From a virus: a stretch of 64,000 nucleotides of DNA. Made by a program: the position numbers and the translations under genes. Shown piece by piece: positions 18,348-26,721 of the stretch (positions within the stretch are counted from its first letter, which is position 1; each line of letters begins with the position of its first letter). A model generated the notes under the pieces. The model did not search any database, was not told the origin of the DNA, and worked only from the letters and a program-made list of their open reading frames with translations. The stretch is taken from the IMG/VR virus record IMGVR_UViG_3300020204_000005; one strand, written 5' to 3'.

Positions 18348-18530
18348 ATGAAAAAACCTTGTAAAGAATGTCCCCATCTTATTCGTAATCGTCATAATGA
18401 TATGATTGTGGAGTTCGGAAAAAGAACTGGAAAAAAACACAACTGTCATATGACGGAAGGAAAAAAAGATTTGTGGAATGTAACGGATAAAAAACATGAA
18501 TGTTATGGAAGTAGAAATGACAACAGATAA
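18348..18530 (+). CDS. Small Cys/His-rich protein
   Basis: MKKPCKECPH...HNCH...HECYG; TACTTTTG at 18334-18341. Confidence 0.65.
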   Translation: MKKPCKECPHLIRNRHNDMIVEFGKRTGKKHNCHMTEGKKDLWNVTDKKHECYGSRNDNR

Positions 18531-18714
18531 AAACGGAAGAGACATCAAAGTAGGTGACTATGTTAAGGTGGTTAATAGAATTACTGGCTCTGTAGAAGAT
18601 TCTGGTGTGATTACCAAAATTGAAGGTAATTATCTTCATCTTGGTAATGGTAAGAATATTGACGGAATGGTAATTAGTGATGTTTATTTTAGAGACGAAG
18701 TAATTAAATGGTGA
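18517..18714 (+). CDS. Small KOW/SH3-like protein
   Basis: DKNGRDIKVGDYVKV...GVITKIEG. Confidence 0.55.
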   Translation: MTTDKNGRDIKVGDYVKVVNRITGSVEDSGVITKIEGNYLHLGNGKNIDGMVISDVYFRDEVIKW

Positions 18715-19019
18715 TGGGAGAAGTAAAAACTAAATTTGGAATATATACAATGGAAACAAAAAGTAACACACAAATAAGTACAGATAAACTCGGAGTGTTT
18801 ATTGAACGACTTAAAAAAATAGGAATAGATGTAAAACTATCAGGAAACTTTCCTTGGGTTTATCTTGATGAAATCTGTGGTATAAGAGTTAAAGAAAATT
18901 TTCAAGCAAACCACGGATTTACTGTGATGTTTCTTCCAGGAAGAAATGACTCACCACCATCCGACTTTACAGACATTAAGGAAATTTTTAATTTAATAAA
19001 AAAATATACAAAAAAATAA
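18708..19019 (+). CDS. Hypothetical protein
   Basis: ORF track; operon context. Confidence 0.65.
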   Translation: MVMGEVKTKFGIYTMETKSNTQISTDKLGVFIERLKKIGIDVKLSGNFPWVYLDEICGIRVKENFQANHGFTVMFLPGRNDSPPSDFTDIKEIFNLIKKYTKK

Positions 19020-19022
19020 ATT

Positions 19023-19280
19023 ATGAAAACATATCGTCAAAATCTCAATATATGGTTAGAACAAAAAAAGAATAATACATCAAATGATGAAATCAAAGAT
19101 GTATTATCTGAAATCCAAAAACATATTAAAAATATGGAAAAAGATGAAGAAGATATGGTAAACTTAGCATATGATTCTGGATACCACGATAAAGAACTCA
19201 AAAGAACCAAAAAGGGTAACTACTACCAAAATTATTATAAATTACACGATAAACTCAAACAATTTGTAAAATTTAATTGA
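19023..19280 (+). CDS. Hypothetical protein
   Basis: ORF track; operon context. Confidence 0.65.
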   Translation: MKTYRQNLNIWLEQKKNNTSNDEIKDVLSEIQKHIKNMEKDEEDMVNLAYDSGYHDKELKRTKKGNYYQNYYKLHDKLKQFVKFN

Positions 19281-19316
19281 AATAAAAATTAAAACAAATC
19301 AATAATTAAATATAAT

Positions 19317-19844
19317 ATGGACTTATCAAAACTAACAATGAAGGAACTTATTTCTTTAAGAAATAAAATTGAAGGACTTATTCATTCATATGAAGATGGG
19401 TATATCTACATTTGCTCTGTTCGTCAGTTTGGTAGTGTTTGGGAAGAAAGACCTAAAAGTTTACATTCATTAAGGGAGCTTTGTAGCGAATATAATGGAG
19501 ATAATGGTATTGTTGATGTATATACTAACAACCCAAATTTGAGGTTTCCTGAAATGGAATTTTATAACTATGGGGATGTTATGTATATTCGTTCAGAAGG
19601 TGATTACAGACAATGGATTGAGTATACTAAAAGAAAAAACCTAATTGAGGATGTAACGAAACGACTTGATGAATGGGATGAGAGTAAAAATTTACCATTT
19701 AAATACCGTCCATCTTTTGCCCCAATATGGACAAGAGAAGATGTTAGTGAATGGGTTACAGAATTTGAGAATGCAAATTGGGATTTTACCCCACCAAACT
19801 CAATGAAGTCGGATGATTTTAATGAAGATAATATAGAATCATAA
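19317..19844 (+). CDS. Hypothetical protein
   Basis: ORF track; operon context. Confidence 0.7.
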   Translation: MDLSKLTMKELISLRNKIEGLIHSYEDGYIYICSVRQFGSVWEERPKSLHSLRELCSEYNGDNGIVDVYTNNPNLRFPEMEFYNYGDVMYIRSEGDYRQWIEYTKRKNLIEDVTKRLDEWDESKNLPFKYRPSFAPIWTREDVSEWVTEFENANWDFTPPNSMKSDDFNEDNIES

Positions 19845-19845
19845 T

Positions 19846-20931
19846 ATGGAAAGAAAATTAGCAAGTGTTAGAGTTATCGGGGATATCCAAAGAATCCCTG
19901 ATGCTGATATGATTGAATTGGCCATCGTTGATGGTTGGAAAGTTGTTGTTGCTAAGAATGTTGGTCATAAGGTAGGTGATAAAGTTGTTTACTGTGAAAT
20001 TGATTCATTCTTACCAATCAGAGACGAGTTTGAATTCTTAAGAAAGAGTTCACACAAAAAGATGGGTGACCAAGAAGGTTTCCGTTTAAAAACTATTAAA
20101 CTTCGTGGTCAAGTATCACAAGGTTTAATTTTACCTTTATCTGTTTTAAAAACTACTGATATTCCTATGATGACAACATCAAAACAAGAATGGGGTATTC
20201 AGTATGAAATGTTTGCAGAAGATGGTTTTCCTATGGTTGGAATTGGTGATGATGTTACTGAAATATTAGGTATTGTTAAATACGAACCACCAATCCCTGC
20301 AGAACTTACAGGAAAAGTAAAAGGATTGTTTCCATCTTTCTTACGTAAAACCGATGAAGAGAGAGTCCAAAACTTGGCTAAAGAATACCAAGGATACAGA
20401 TTCACCTCCGCTCATAAATTCTACGTAACTGAAAAGTTGGACGGTTCTTCAGCAACATTTTACTTTAAAGATGGTGTATTTGGAGTGTGTTCTCGTAATT
20501 TAGAATTAACTGAAAGTGAAGGAAATACTTTTTGGAAAGTTGCTCGCGAATTAAAGTTAGAGGAATTATTAGGTGAATTAGATAACAATATCTGTTTGCA
20601 AGGTGAGTTAATTGGGGAAGGTATTCAAGGAAATCCGTACAAAATTAAAGGTCAAACAGTTCGATTCTTTAATGGTTTTAATATAGACACTCAAGAGAAT
20701 ATTCCATTTTTAGAGTTTGTTGAGTTAGTTCAAAAAATGAAATTAAAAACGGTTCCAATATTAGACTTTGAATTTAATTTACCTGACACGATTGATGATA
20801 TGTTAGAATATGCCAACCAAAAGTCCGAATTAAATTCTAACTTTGATAGAGAAGGTGTGGTTGTTCGTTCTTACGATAGAAGAATTAGCTTTAAAGCAAT
20901 TAGTAATAAATTTTTATTAAACGAAAAATAA
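19846..20931 (+). CDS. ATP-dependent RNA ligase, DRB0094/Rnl2-like family, with N-terminal OB-like domain
   Basis: VTEKLDGSS (motif I), LQGELIGEGIQGN, REGVV, FKAISNKFLL. Confidence 0.9.
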   Translation: MERKLASVRVIGDIQRIPDADMIELAIVDGWKVVVAKNVGHKVGDKVVYCEIDSFLPIRDEFEFLRKSSHKKMGDQEGFRLKTIKLRGQVSQGLILPLSVLKTTDIPMMTTSKQEWGIQYEMFAEDGFPMVGIGDDVTEILGIVKYEPPIPAELTGKVKGLFPSFLRKTDEERVQNLAKEYQGYRFTSAHKFYVTEKLDGSSATFYFKDGVFGVCSRNLELTESEGNTFWKVARELKLEELLGELDNNICLQGELIGEGIQGNPYKIKGQTVRFFNGFNIDTQENIPFLEFVELVQKMKLKTVPILDFEFNLPDTIDDMLEYANQKSELNSNFDREGVVVRSYDRRISFKAISNKFLLNEK

Positions 20932-20946
20932 TACTATATTTGCAAC

Positions 20947-21999
20947 ATGTTAGAATTGTTGAACAAATATTACGAGGATGGGTTGGTGACAAAACAAGTT
21001 CATCCAACTCTTCCTTTGTCTATATGGAACTACACCCCAAAAGTACAATATGGTCTTTTATATAATCAATACGCTTTATGGGATGAGGTAACTACTCAAG
21101 CAAGAGGTTTAGTTGTTGATGAAAATAGTAACGTTGTTGCAAGACCATTTAAAAAATTTTTTAATATAGAAGAAAAAAGATTCACACCAACTAAAGAATT
21201 TGATGTGTATGAAAAAATGGATGGTTCTTTAGGTATATTATTTAACTATGAAGGTGAATGGATATTTGCATCTAAAGGTTCTTTTACTTCAGACCAATCA
21301 GCCGAATTCAAAAAAATATTTGATGAAAAATATTCGACTAATTTATTAGACTTTTCTTGTACTTATTTGTTTGAAATATTATATCCTGAAAATAGAATAG
21401 TGGTTAACTATGGTGATTTAAGAGATGTGGTATTATTAGGTAAAATAGTAACTGAGTCTGGTGAAGAACTTGACGTGGAATCATATCGGAATAACTTTAA
21501 TGTTGTTAAAAAATATGATGGAATAACTGATTACACTTTTTTGAAAAAAATGGTTGCCGATAACCATGAAGGTTTTATAGTAAAATTTTTTAATGGAAAT
21601 AGAATAAAAGTGAAAGGAGAAGAATATCTTCGATTACATAAAATAATGACTAACATATCAACTACTTCTGTTTGGGAAGTTTTAAGTAATCAAGGAGATA
21701 TAGGTGAATTATTAAATGATGTTCCTGATGAATTTTATGATAAGATAAAATCTTATGAAAAGGATTTAAAATACCATTTTCATCAAATAAATGAGTATTG
21801 TGGTAAACTACATGATGGTTTTAGATATGGTAAGTATGGTGATGTTGACCCTGAACCAACTAAAAAAGAATTTGCAGAATTTGTTATGAGAAATGTAACA
21901 AAAACTGGTTTACGTCCTGTACTATTTGCTATGTGGGATAAAAAACCATATGACTACATAATATGGAGATTATTAAAACCTGAGTTTAGAAAACTATAA
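20947..21999 (+). CDS. T4 Rnl1-like RNA ligase
   Basis: ARGLV...ARPFKKFFN, YEKMDGSLG, FEILYPENRIVV, EGFIV, RIKVKGEEY. Confidence 0.9.
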   Translation: MLELLNKYYEDGLVTKQVHPTLPLSIWNYTPKVQYGLLYNQYALWDEVTTQARGLVVDENSNVVARPFKKFFNIEEKRFTPTKEFDVYEKMDGSLGILFNYEGEWIFASKGSFTSDQSAEFKKIFDEKYSTNLLDFSCTYLFEILYPENRIVVNYGDLRDVVLLGKIVTESGEELDVESYRNNFNVVKKYDGITDYTFLKKMVADNHEGFIVKFFNGNRIKVKGEEYLRLHKIMTNISTTSVWEVLSNQGDIGELLNDVPDEFYDKIKSYEKDLKYHFHQINEYCGKLHDGFRYGKYGDVDPEPTKKEFAEFVMRNVTKTGLRPVLFAMWDKKPYDYIIWRLLKPEFRKL

Positions 22000-22030
22000 A
22001 AGTATGACGAAAAGTCATACTTTTTTTTTT
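21998..22030 (+). terminator. Intrinsic terminator
   Basis: AAAAGTATGAC-gaaaa-GTCATACTTTTTT. Confidence 0.8.
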
Positions 22031-22061
22031 TATAAAGTATTTATTAAGTAAAATTACTTAA

Positions 22062-22670
22062 ATGGTTAGTATAGAAATTATTGTTGCCTTTATTACAGGT
22101 ATATTTGGACCTTTAACGGTTATATTTATAAGACATTTATTAGAAAAAAATAAGAAAAAACCTGACATGGTTCATGATACACTTAGAGTCAGTGAATTAA
22201 TAAATCAAAAAATAGAACACATTAGAGAAGAGTTTAATGCCGATAGAGTATGGGTTACACAATTTCATAATGGAGGTAATTTCTACCCGACAGGAAAATC
22301 TATGGCTAAGTTTTCAGTTATGTATGAATCTGTAGGTTCAGGAGCGTCATCCGTACAGTCAAATTTTCATAACATACCCGTTAATCTATTTTCAAAATCA
22401 ATAAATCAGTTATTACATAACGATGTTATAGAAATTCCTGATTATAAAGACGAATCAATTGCAACATATGGTTTAAAATATATTGCGGAAGATACGGGAT
22501 GTAAATCAGGTTATCTATTAGCAATAAAAACAATTGATGACAAATTTATTGGTACATTAGGTTTAGACTTTATCAAGAAAAAAACTAAGCTTGATATAGA
22601 ATCTATAAATCATTTAGAAGTTCACGCATCTCAAATAGGAGGCGTTTTAATGACCCATTTAGAACAATAA
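22062..22670 (+). CDS. Single-TM protein with GAF-like domain (putative T4 gpT-like holin)
   Basis: N-terminal TM IIVAFITGIFGPLTVIFI; ADRVWVTQFHNGG...FIGTLGLDF GAF-like pattern; next to a wall peptidase. Confidence 0.55.
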   Translation: MVSIEIIVAFITGIFGPLTVIFIRHLLEKNKKKPDMVHDTLRVSELINQKIEHIREEFNADRVWVTQFHNGGNFYPTGKSMAKFSVMYESVGSGASSVQSNFHNIPVNLFSKSINQLLHNDVIEIPDYKDESIATYGLKYIAEDTGCKSGYLLAIKTIDDKFIGTLGLDFIKKKTKLDIESINHLEVHASQIGGVLMTHLEQ

Positions 22671-22694
22671 AATAAATCTCTATATTTATTAGAG

Positions 22695-23903
22695 ATGATA
22701 ATTTATATTTTAGAAGGACCACAATTAGTAGATACTTCAAAGTACACAGGTATTAATTTTAAAGATAGAGTAGTTGGTAGTAGTACACCATCTAAAGACA
22801 AAATTAATCCATCTTTATTAGCTGATGTTGACAAAGCTGCAATAATCGCGGGCACCAAAGCAAGTGTTACAACTGCGGTTACAGGGCACAGACCTGGGTC
22901 AAGACACAATCCTGGAGGTTTGGCGGTTGATTTGGCGATGTTTGATGGTAAGGGTTATGGTAGTAAAGAGGATGCTAAAAAGAAAGGTATATATGATAAA
23001 ATAGAAAAATTTGTCAAAGCCTTAGAAAGTATGGGTTATAAGGTAAATTCAGAAAGGGGGAATGACAAGGCTGTTTTATGGTTTGGTTTTCCTAATCACC
23101 ATCATCATGTTCATGTCTCAAGACTATCGGATGATGGAACCTCAACTTCATCTTCATCCTCATCAGAAGATTCTGATAACAATTCCGATGATAGTAGTGA
23201 AACTACAAAAACAACAACCTCACCACCTCCAACAGACAGTAAACCAAAGGGTTTGGATTTCAACACCCTTGGGTTGATTAGTGCTTTAGGTAGATTATCC
23301 GAAAACAAAAAAAATAAAAACATGGGTAGATTATTAAATGAAATAGAAAAAATTAATAGGATTAATAAAGTAGTTATTTCCGAAGGTGCTTTACAAGTTT
23401 CTTATCCTAAGATTGTTTTTACACCGTCTGAATCAAATTTCCAAAATACAAATAAAAATCTTTTAACTGATTTAAATTCAATTGGGTCTGAAAAAAATAT
23501 TACGGTAAATATAACTGGCAGTACTCCCGATTCTGTATATGTAATTTTAAATGATGTTATAAAAAGTAAATTAACTGAAAAAGGATACGGAGGCGGTAAA
23601 ACTCAAAACCCTAATAAATATTATATGGATTATAATGGGTCAATTTACGTGTTTAATAACACAGTTACTTCACAAACTACGGATTCGGCAACAACCACAA
23701 CAACAACTAAATCATCAACGAGCTCAACAACTAATACAACAACTTTAAAAATAGATACTAGTAGTGCTCAAACGGCTGCCGATTCATTAATTGATTCTGT
23801 ATTAAGTGGTTTTGTGGCACCATTCGCAACTTCTGAAAGTGTTGGTAATAAAAAAGAAAAACTTCTAAATGAGATTAATCGTATTAAAAAAAATATGATA
23901 TAA
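22695..23903 (+). CDS. M15-like (LAS-fold) peptidoglycan peptidase domain protein with S/T-rich linkers
   Basis: GSRHNPGGLAVD ... HHHVHVS zinc-ligand pattern; LLNEIEKI and LLNEINRI motifs. Confidence 0.6.
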   Translation: MIIYILEGPQLVDTSKYTGINFKDRVVGSSTPSKDKINPSLLADVDKAAIIAGTKASVTTAVTGHRPGSRHNPGGLAVDLAMFDGKGYGSKEDAKKKGIYDKIEKFVKALESMGYKVNSERGNDKAVLWFGFPNHHHHVHVSRLSDDGTSTSSSSSSEDSDNNSDDSSETTKTTTSPPPTDSKPKGLDFNTLGLISALGRLSENKKNKNMGRLLNEIEKINRINKVVISEGALQVSYPKIVFTPSESNFQNTNKNLLTDLNSIGSEKNITVNITGSTPDSVYVILNDVIKSKLTEKGYGGGKTQNPNKYYMDYNGSIYVFNNTVTSQTTDSATTTTTTKSSTSSTTNTTTLKIDTSSAQTAADSLIDSVLSGFVAPFATSESVGNKKEKLLNEINRIKKNMI

Positions 23904-23934
23904 AAAACCCCACCTTTCGATGGGGATAACCAAA

Positions 23935-24093
23935 TTACTTAGTTTTTACCGTGTCTACTTTGTTTGTAGCAGTTGAGTCAACAACTTCACTTGTTGTACT
24001 TACACTGTCAGTTGCAGGAACTTCGTTTGAAGTTGCTCCACCTCCGCATGATGCTAACAAAACAATAAGACCACCAAAAATTAACTTTTTCAT
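23935..24093 (-). CDS. Micro-lipoprotein, 52 aa (not in ORF track)
   Basis: MKKLIFGGLIVLLASC-GGGATSNEVPATDSVSTTSEVVDSTATNKVDTVKTK; lipobox LASC. Confidence 0.8.
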   Translation of the reverse strand: MKKLIFGGLIVLLASCGGGATSNEVPATDSVSTTSEVVDSTATNKVDTVKTK

Positions 24094-24239
24094 ATTATTT
24101 ATTGTTTTAGATACAATAAATATAGGTTTAATGTTTATAAATCAATAACCAATTAATTAATTTTTATTAAATTAATATAGAAACCAATATTTCCGAAATG
24201 ACTGTTTCGGAACTTTTTTATTTTTTTTTTCTTAAAGTA

Positions 24240-24700
24240 CTTGTCAGAAAGAAAAAAATGTTTAACTTTGTAAAACAAATCAGAAATAACTGATAACGTT
24301 CTTTTAAATAATTTAGTATTAACTTTTAAAAACTCGAAAAATGAGTGAAGGGACACAAGTTCTTGATAACTTGATTTTTTCCTACATTGGAAAAAACGGT
24401 GTTAGGTACCACACCCCAAATCCAAATTTAGCACAGGCACGTGCTAATTTTTACGAGACATACACTGTCTACGTAACTAAAGTGGAAGAGGTAGAGGGAA
24501 AATGAAAAAAGTTAACAAAGTACTTGACAATTAAAAAAAATTGTTTAACTTTGTAAAACCTTTCAGATAAAGGTTGGAATTACCGTAAAACAAAGGTCTC
24601 CTAAATCTGAAAAAAAAAGTAGAGAAAAATTTGGAAGTTTAAAAAATTGTTCTTAACTTTGTAAAACAAATCGGAAACGTCCGATAACGTTCTTTGAAAT
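24240..24700 (+). promoter_or_regulatory. Three tandem Bacteroidota sigma-A promoters; two followed by boxB-hairpin + boxA-like elements
   Basis: TAACTTTG at 24263, 24546 and 24654, each with an upstream TTG. ATCAG-aaataa-CTGAT-AACGTTCTTTTAAAT and ATCGG-aaacgt-CCGAT-AACGTTCTTTGAAAT. Confidence 0.75.
24341..24505 (+). CDS. Small hypothetical protein, 54 aa (not in ORF track)
   Basis: MSEGTQVLDNLIFSYIGKNGVRYHTPNPNLAQARANFYETYTVYVTKVEEVEGK; follows the first promoter. Confidence 0.6.
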   Translation: MSEGTQVLDNLIFSYIGKNGVRYHTPNPNLAQARANFYETYTVYVTKVEEVEGK

Positions 24701-24709
24701 TTTAGATAT

Positions 24710-25575
24710 CCATTCAGGAGTAGATTAAAATCTTAGGATTTGAAACTGAAACTGATAAAGATATTGGGCCGTATATAGTCCATAAAATAAACCTCGAAAG
24801 GGGGATAAAGTGGAACCATCAGTGTTAGTGGTTCTGCGGTTTGGGAAACCGAACTCGAGTATACAAGTGGGATATCAGTGAGCCTGTAGTACCGAGGATA
24901 ACTTCGTAGGGAAATGGAAAACTGAATAGGCAATGTGGATTGTCTGTTTGAGGTGGGAACACCAATAAGAATAACCCATAGGAATCAAGTGAGAAATGTA
25001 TTTCCAAATACATGATTGCGGGTTCCAATATGAGAGGTGACTTAAAACCGAAGGGGTAATACCTGAAGGTAAGATAGAGAACGAGTGGTGTCGCTACTAT
25101 CCTTACCACAGACCCACCAAGGTCTTGGTACGAAGTAATCTTAAAATATGGAGGTAGGGATATCTCACGGAGTAGTATAGTATTCTGTTTCTCAAAAGGA
25201 AATGGAGCTTAAGGTGGACCACTACTTCGATTCATCCACGACACAAAAACTTTACTATTATTGAAGTAACATTTAAGAACATAAAGGAAAAGTGTCCATC
25301 AGGTTTTGGTGAAAGGTGACTACATAGTAATGAGCCGTTCATTGCACACAAGGACCCCAAGTCTGAGTGTAGTTTTACCAAAGACCTCTAGTCCCGCAAG
25401 GATTTATTGGGGAGGCATCCTCGAAGAGAGTTGAGTAATAAGAGAGTAACCAAAATCTCAAGGAGTGGTAAACCTAAAAGACCGTCACTGAGGAATACTT
25501 CTTAAAAGGAAGTGGATAAGAGTAGAAACAATAATGACTCTAAAGGTTCTCAATTAACAGGTGTAATCTCAGCCT
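24710..25575 (+). ncRNA. Giant structured ncRNA, GOLLD-like (class not confirmed)
   Basis: About 870 nt, GC/purine-enriched, no credible ORF. Many short hairpins with GNRA-like loops (CCTC-gaaa-GGGG, TCC-cgcaa-GGA, ACTTC-ttaaaag-GAAGT). Ends ...GTGTAATCTCAGCC before a T-run; adjacent to a tRNA. Confidence 0.65.
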
Positions 25576-25643
25576 TTTTTTAGCTATACATTGTTAAACG
25601 TAAAAAGGTAGTTCGTTAGTTTAAAAATGATATATTTATATAT

Positions 25644-26180
25644 ATGAAATATACAATTTACAAAATTACAAATACGTTAAATAACAAAATTTACATAGGT
25701 AAGCACCAAACAGAAAATATTAATGATAGTTATTTTGGTTCTGGTGTTTTATTAGAGAAAGCAATAAAGAAATACGGTAAAAAATTTTTCACTAAAGAAA
25801 TTTTGTTCATATTCAATACCGAGAATGAAATGGATTTAAAAGAACGAGAGATAGTTACCGAAGAATTCATTAAAAGGAAAGATACATATAATAAATCCTT
25901 GGGGGGTGAAGGAGGTTCTAATTTCAAAGGAAAAAAACATACTAATGAAACTAAACAAAAATTATCAGATATTAGTAAAGGTAGAATTTTTTCTGAAGAA
26001 ACAAGAAATAAAATTTCTGAAGGAAATAGAAAAAGAGTTCTTAGTGAAAGTACAAAACTAAAACTTTCCGAAAAGGCGAAATTAAGATTTCAAAATGAAG
26101 AAACGAGAAAAAAACATTCTGAAATAATGAAACAGTATTATACAAAAAATATCGTGGTGGTTTCCAGCTCGGTCTCATAA
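25644..26180 (+). CDS. GIY-YIG homing endonuclease with NUMOD3-like repeats
   Basis: TIYKITNTLNNKIYIGKH, YFGSG, YN; KGKKHTNETKQKLS repeats; ATATTTAT at 25632-25639. Confidence 0.9.
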   Translation: MKYTIYKITNTLNNKIYIGKHQTENINDSYFGSGVLLEKAIKKYGKKFFTKEILFIFNTENEMDLKEREIVTEEFIKRKDTYNKSLGGEGGSNFKGKKHTNETKQKLSDISKGRIFSEETRNKISEGNRKRVLSESTKLKLSEKAKLRFQNEETRKKHSEIMKQYYTKNIVVVSSSVS

Positions 26181-26214
26181 GCCGAATACGGGGGTTCGAG
26201 TCCCTCACCCGCTA
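26152..26214 (+). pseudogene. 5'-truncated tRNA-Met(CAU)
   Basis: TCGGT-ctCATaa-GCCGA, GGGGG-ttcgagt-CCCTC, 3' acceptor ACCCGCT-A. The 5' acceptor strand (AGCGGGT) is absent and replaced by GIY-YIG coding sequence. Confidence 0.75.
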
Positions 26215-26590
26215 CTAAGTGACTCCAAACAAATGATAGGTCGGTAATTAACGATATCCCGTGAAGTTATGAGTATAAACTAACCTTCAAAATTCTCGTA
26301 AAGGTTTTTGGTGATTGTTCTGTAGTTGATAACGACCAATTTTAATCCTTAAAAATTAATAAAAAATGAATTCTACCTTGAGGTGTCAATCCAAAGACTG
26401 AAGAAGTTTGAGAAAAAAATTGGTAAGGGACCTCTTTTTAGATGTGGGTACTATGATAACCACAGTGTTTAGGTCTTAAAACGGAAAACACATAAAACAA
26501 ATAGTCGTGAATACTAGTCACCACCCAACGTCACAGGGTTCTGTAGTTGTCTCACTAACAACTCGGTAGGTTTAGATTCCTAGGACAAAC

Positions 26591-26636
26591 AAGAGGGAAG
26601 AACTAACGTAATGTTAAATTCTTCCCTCTTTTTTTT
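26591..26636. terminator. Strong intrinsic terminator
   Basis: AAGAGGGAAGAA...TTCTTCCCTCTT followed by a T-run. Confidence 0.8.
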
Positions 26637-26721
26637 ATTTTATATTAATTCATAAGGTAGACTTGCTCATTCAAAACATTATTGTGACAACTTTTAAATC
26701 TTAGTTTTTGTATTTATTATT

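Noticed and set aside
24153-25109. Minus-strand ORFs across the promoter array and giant ncRNA (24153-24356, 24733-24933, 24825-25109)
   Set aside because: They are antisense to strong promoters and structured RNA, and have no protein-like composition.
24710-25575. rRNA fragment or group I intron
   Set aside because: I found no recognisable 16S/23S universal motifs, no group I P7 core and no flanking exons. The size and tRNA context fit a free-standing ornate RNA better; a covariance search is still needed.
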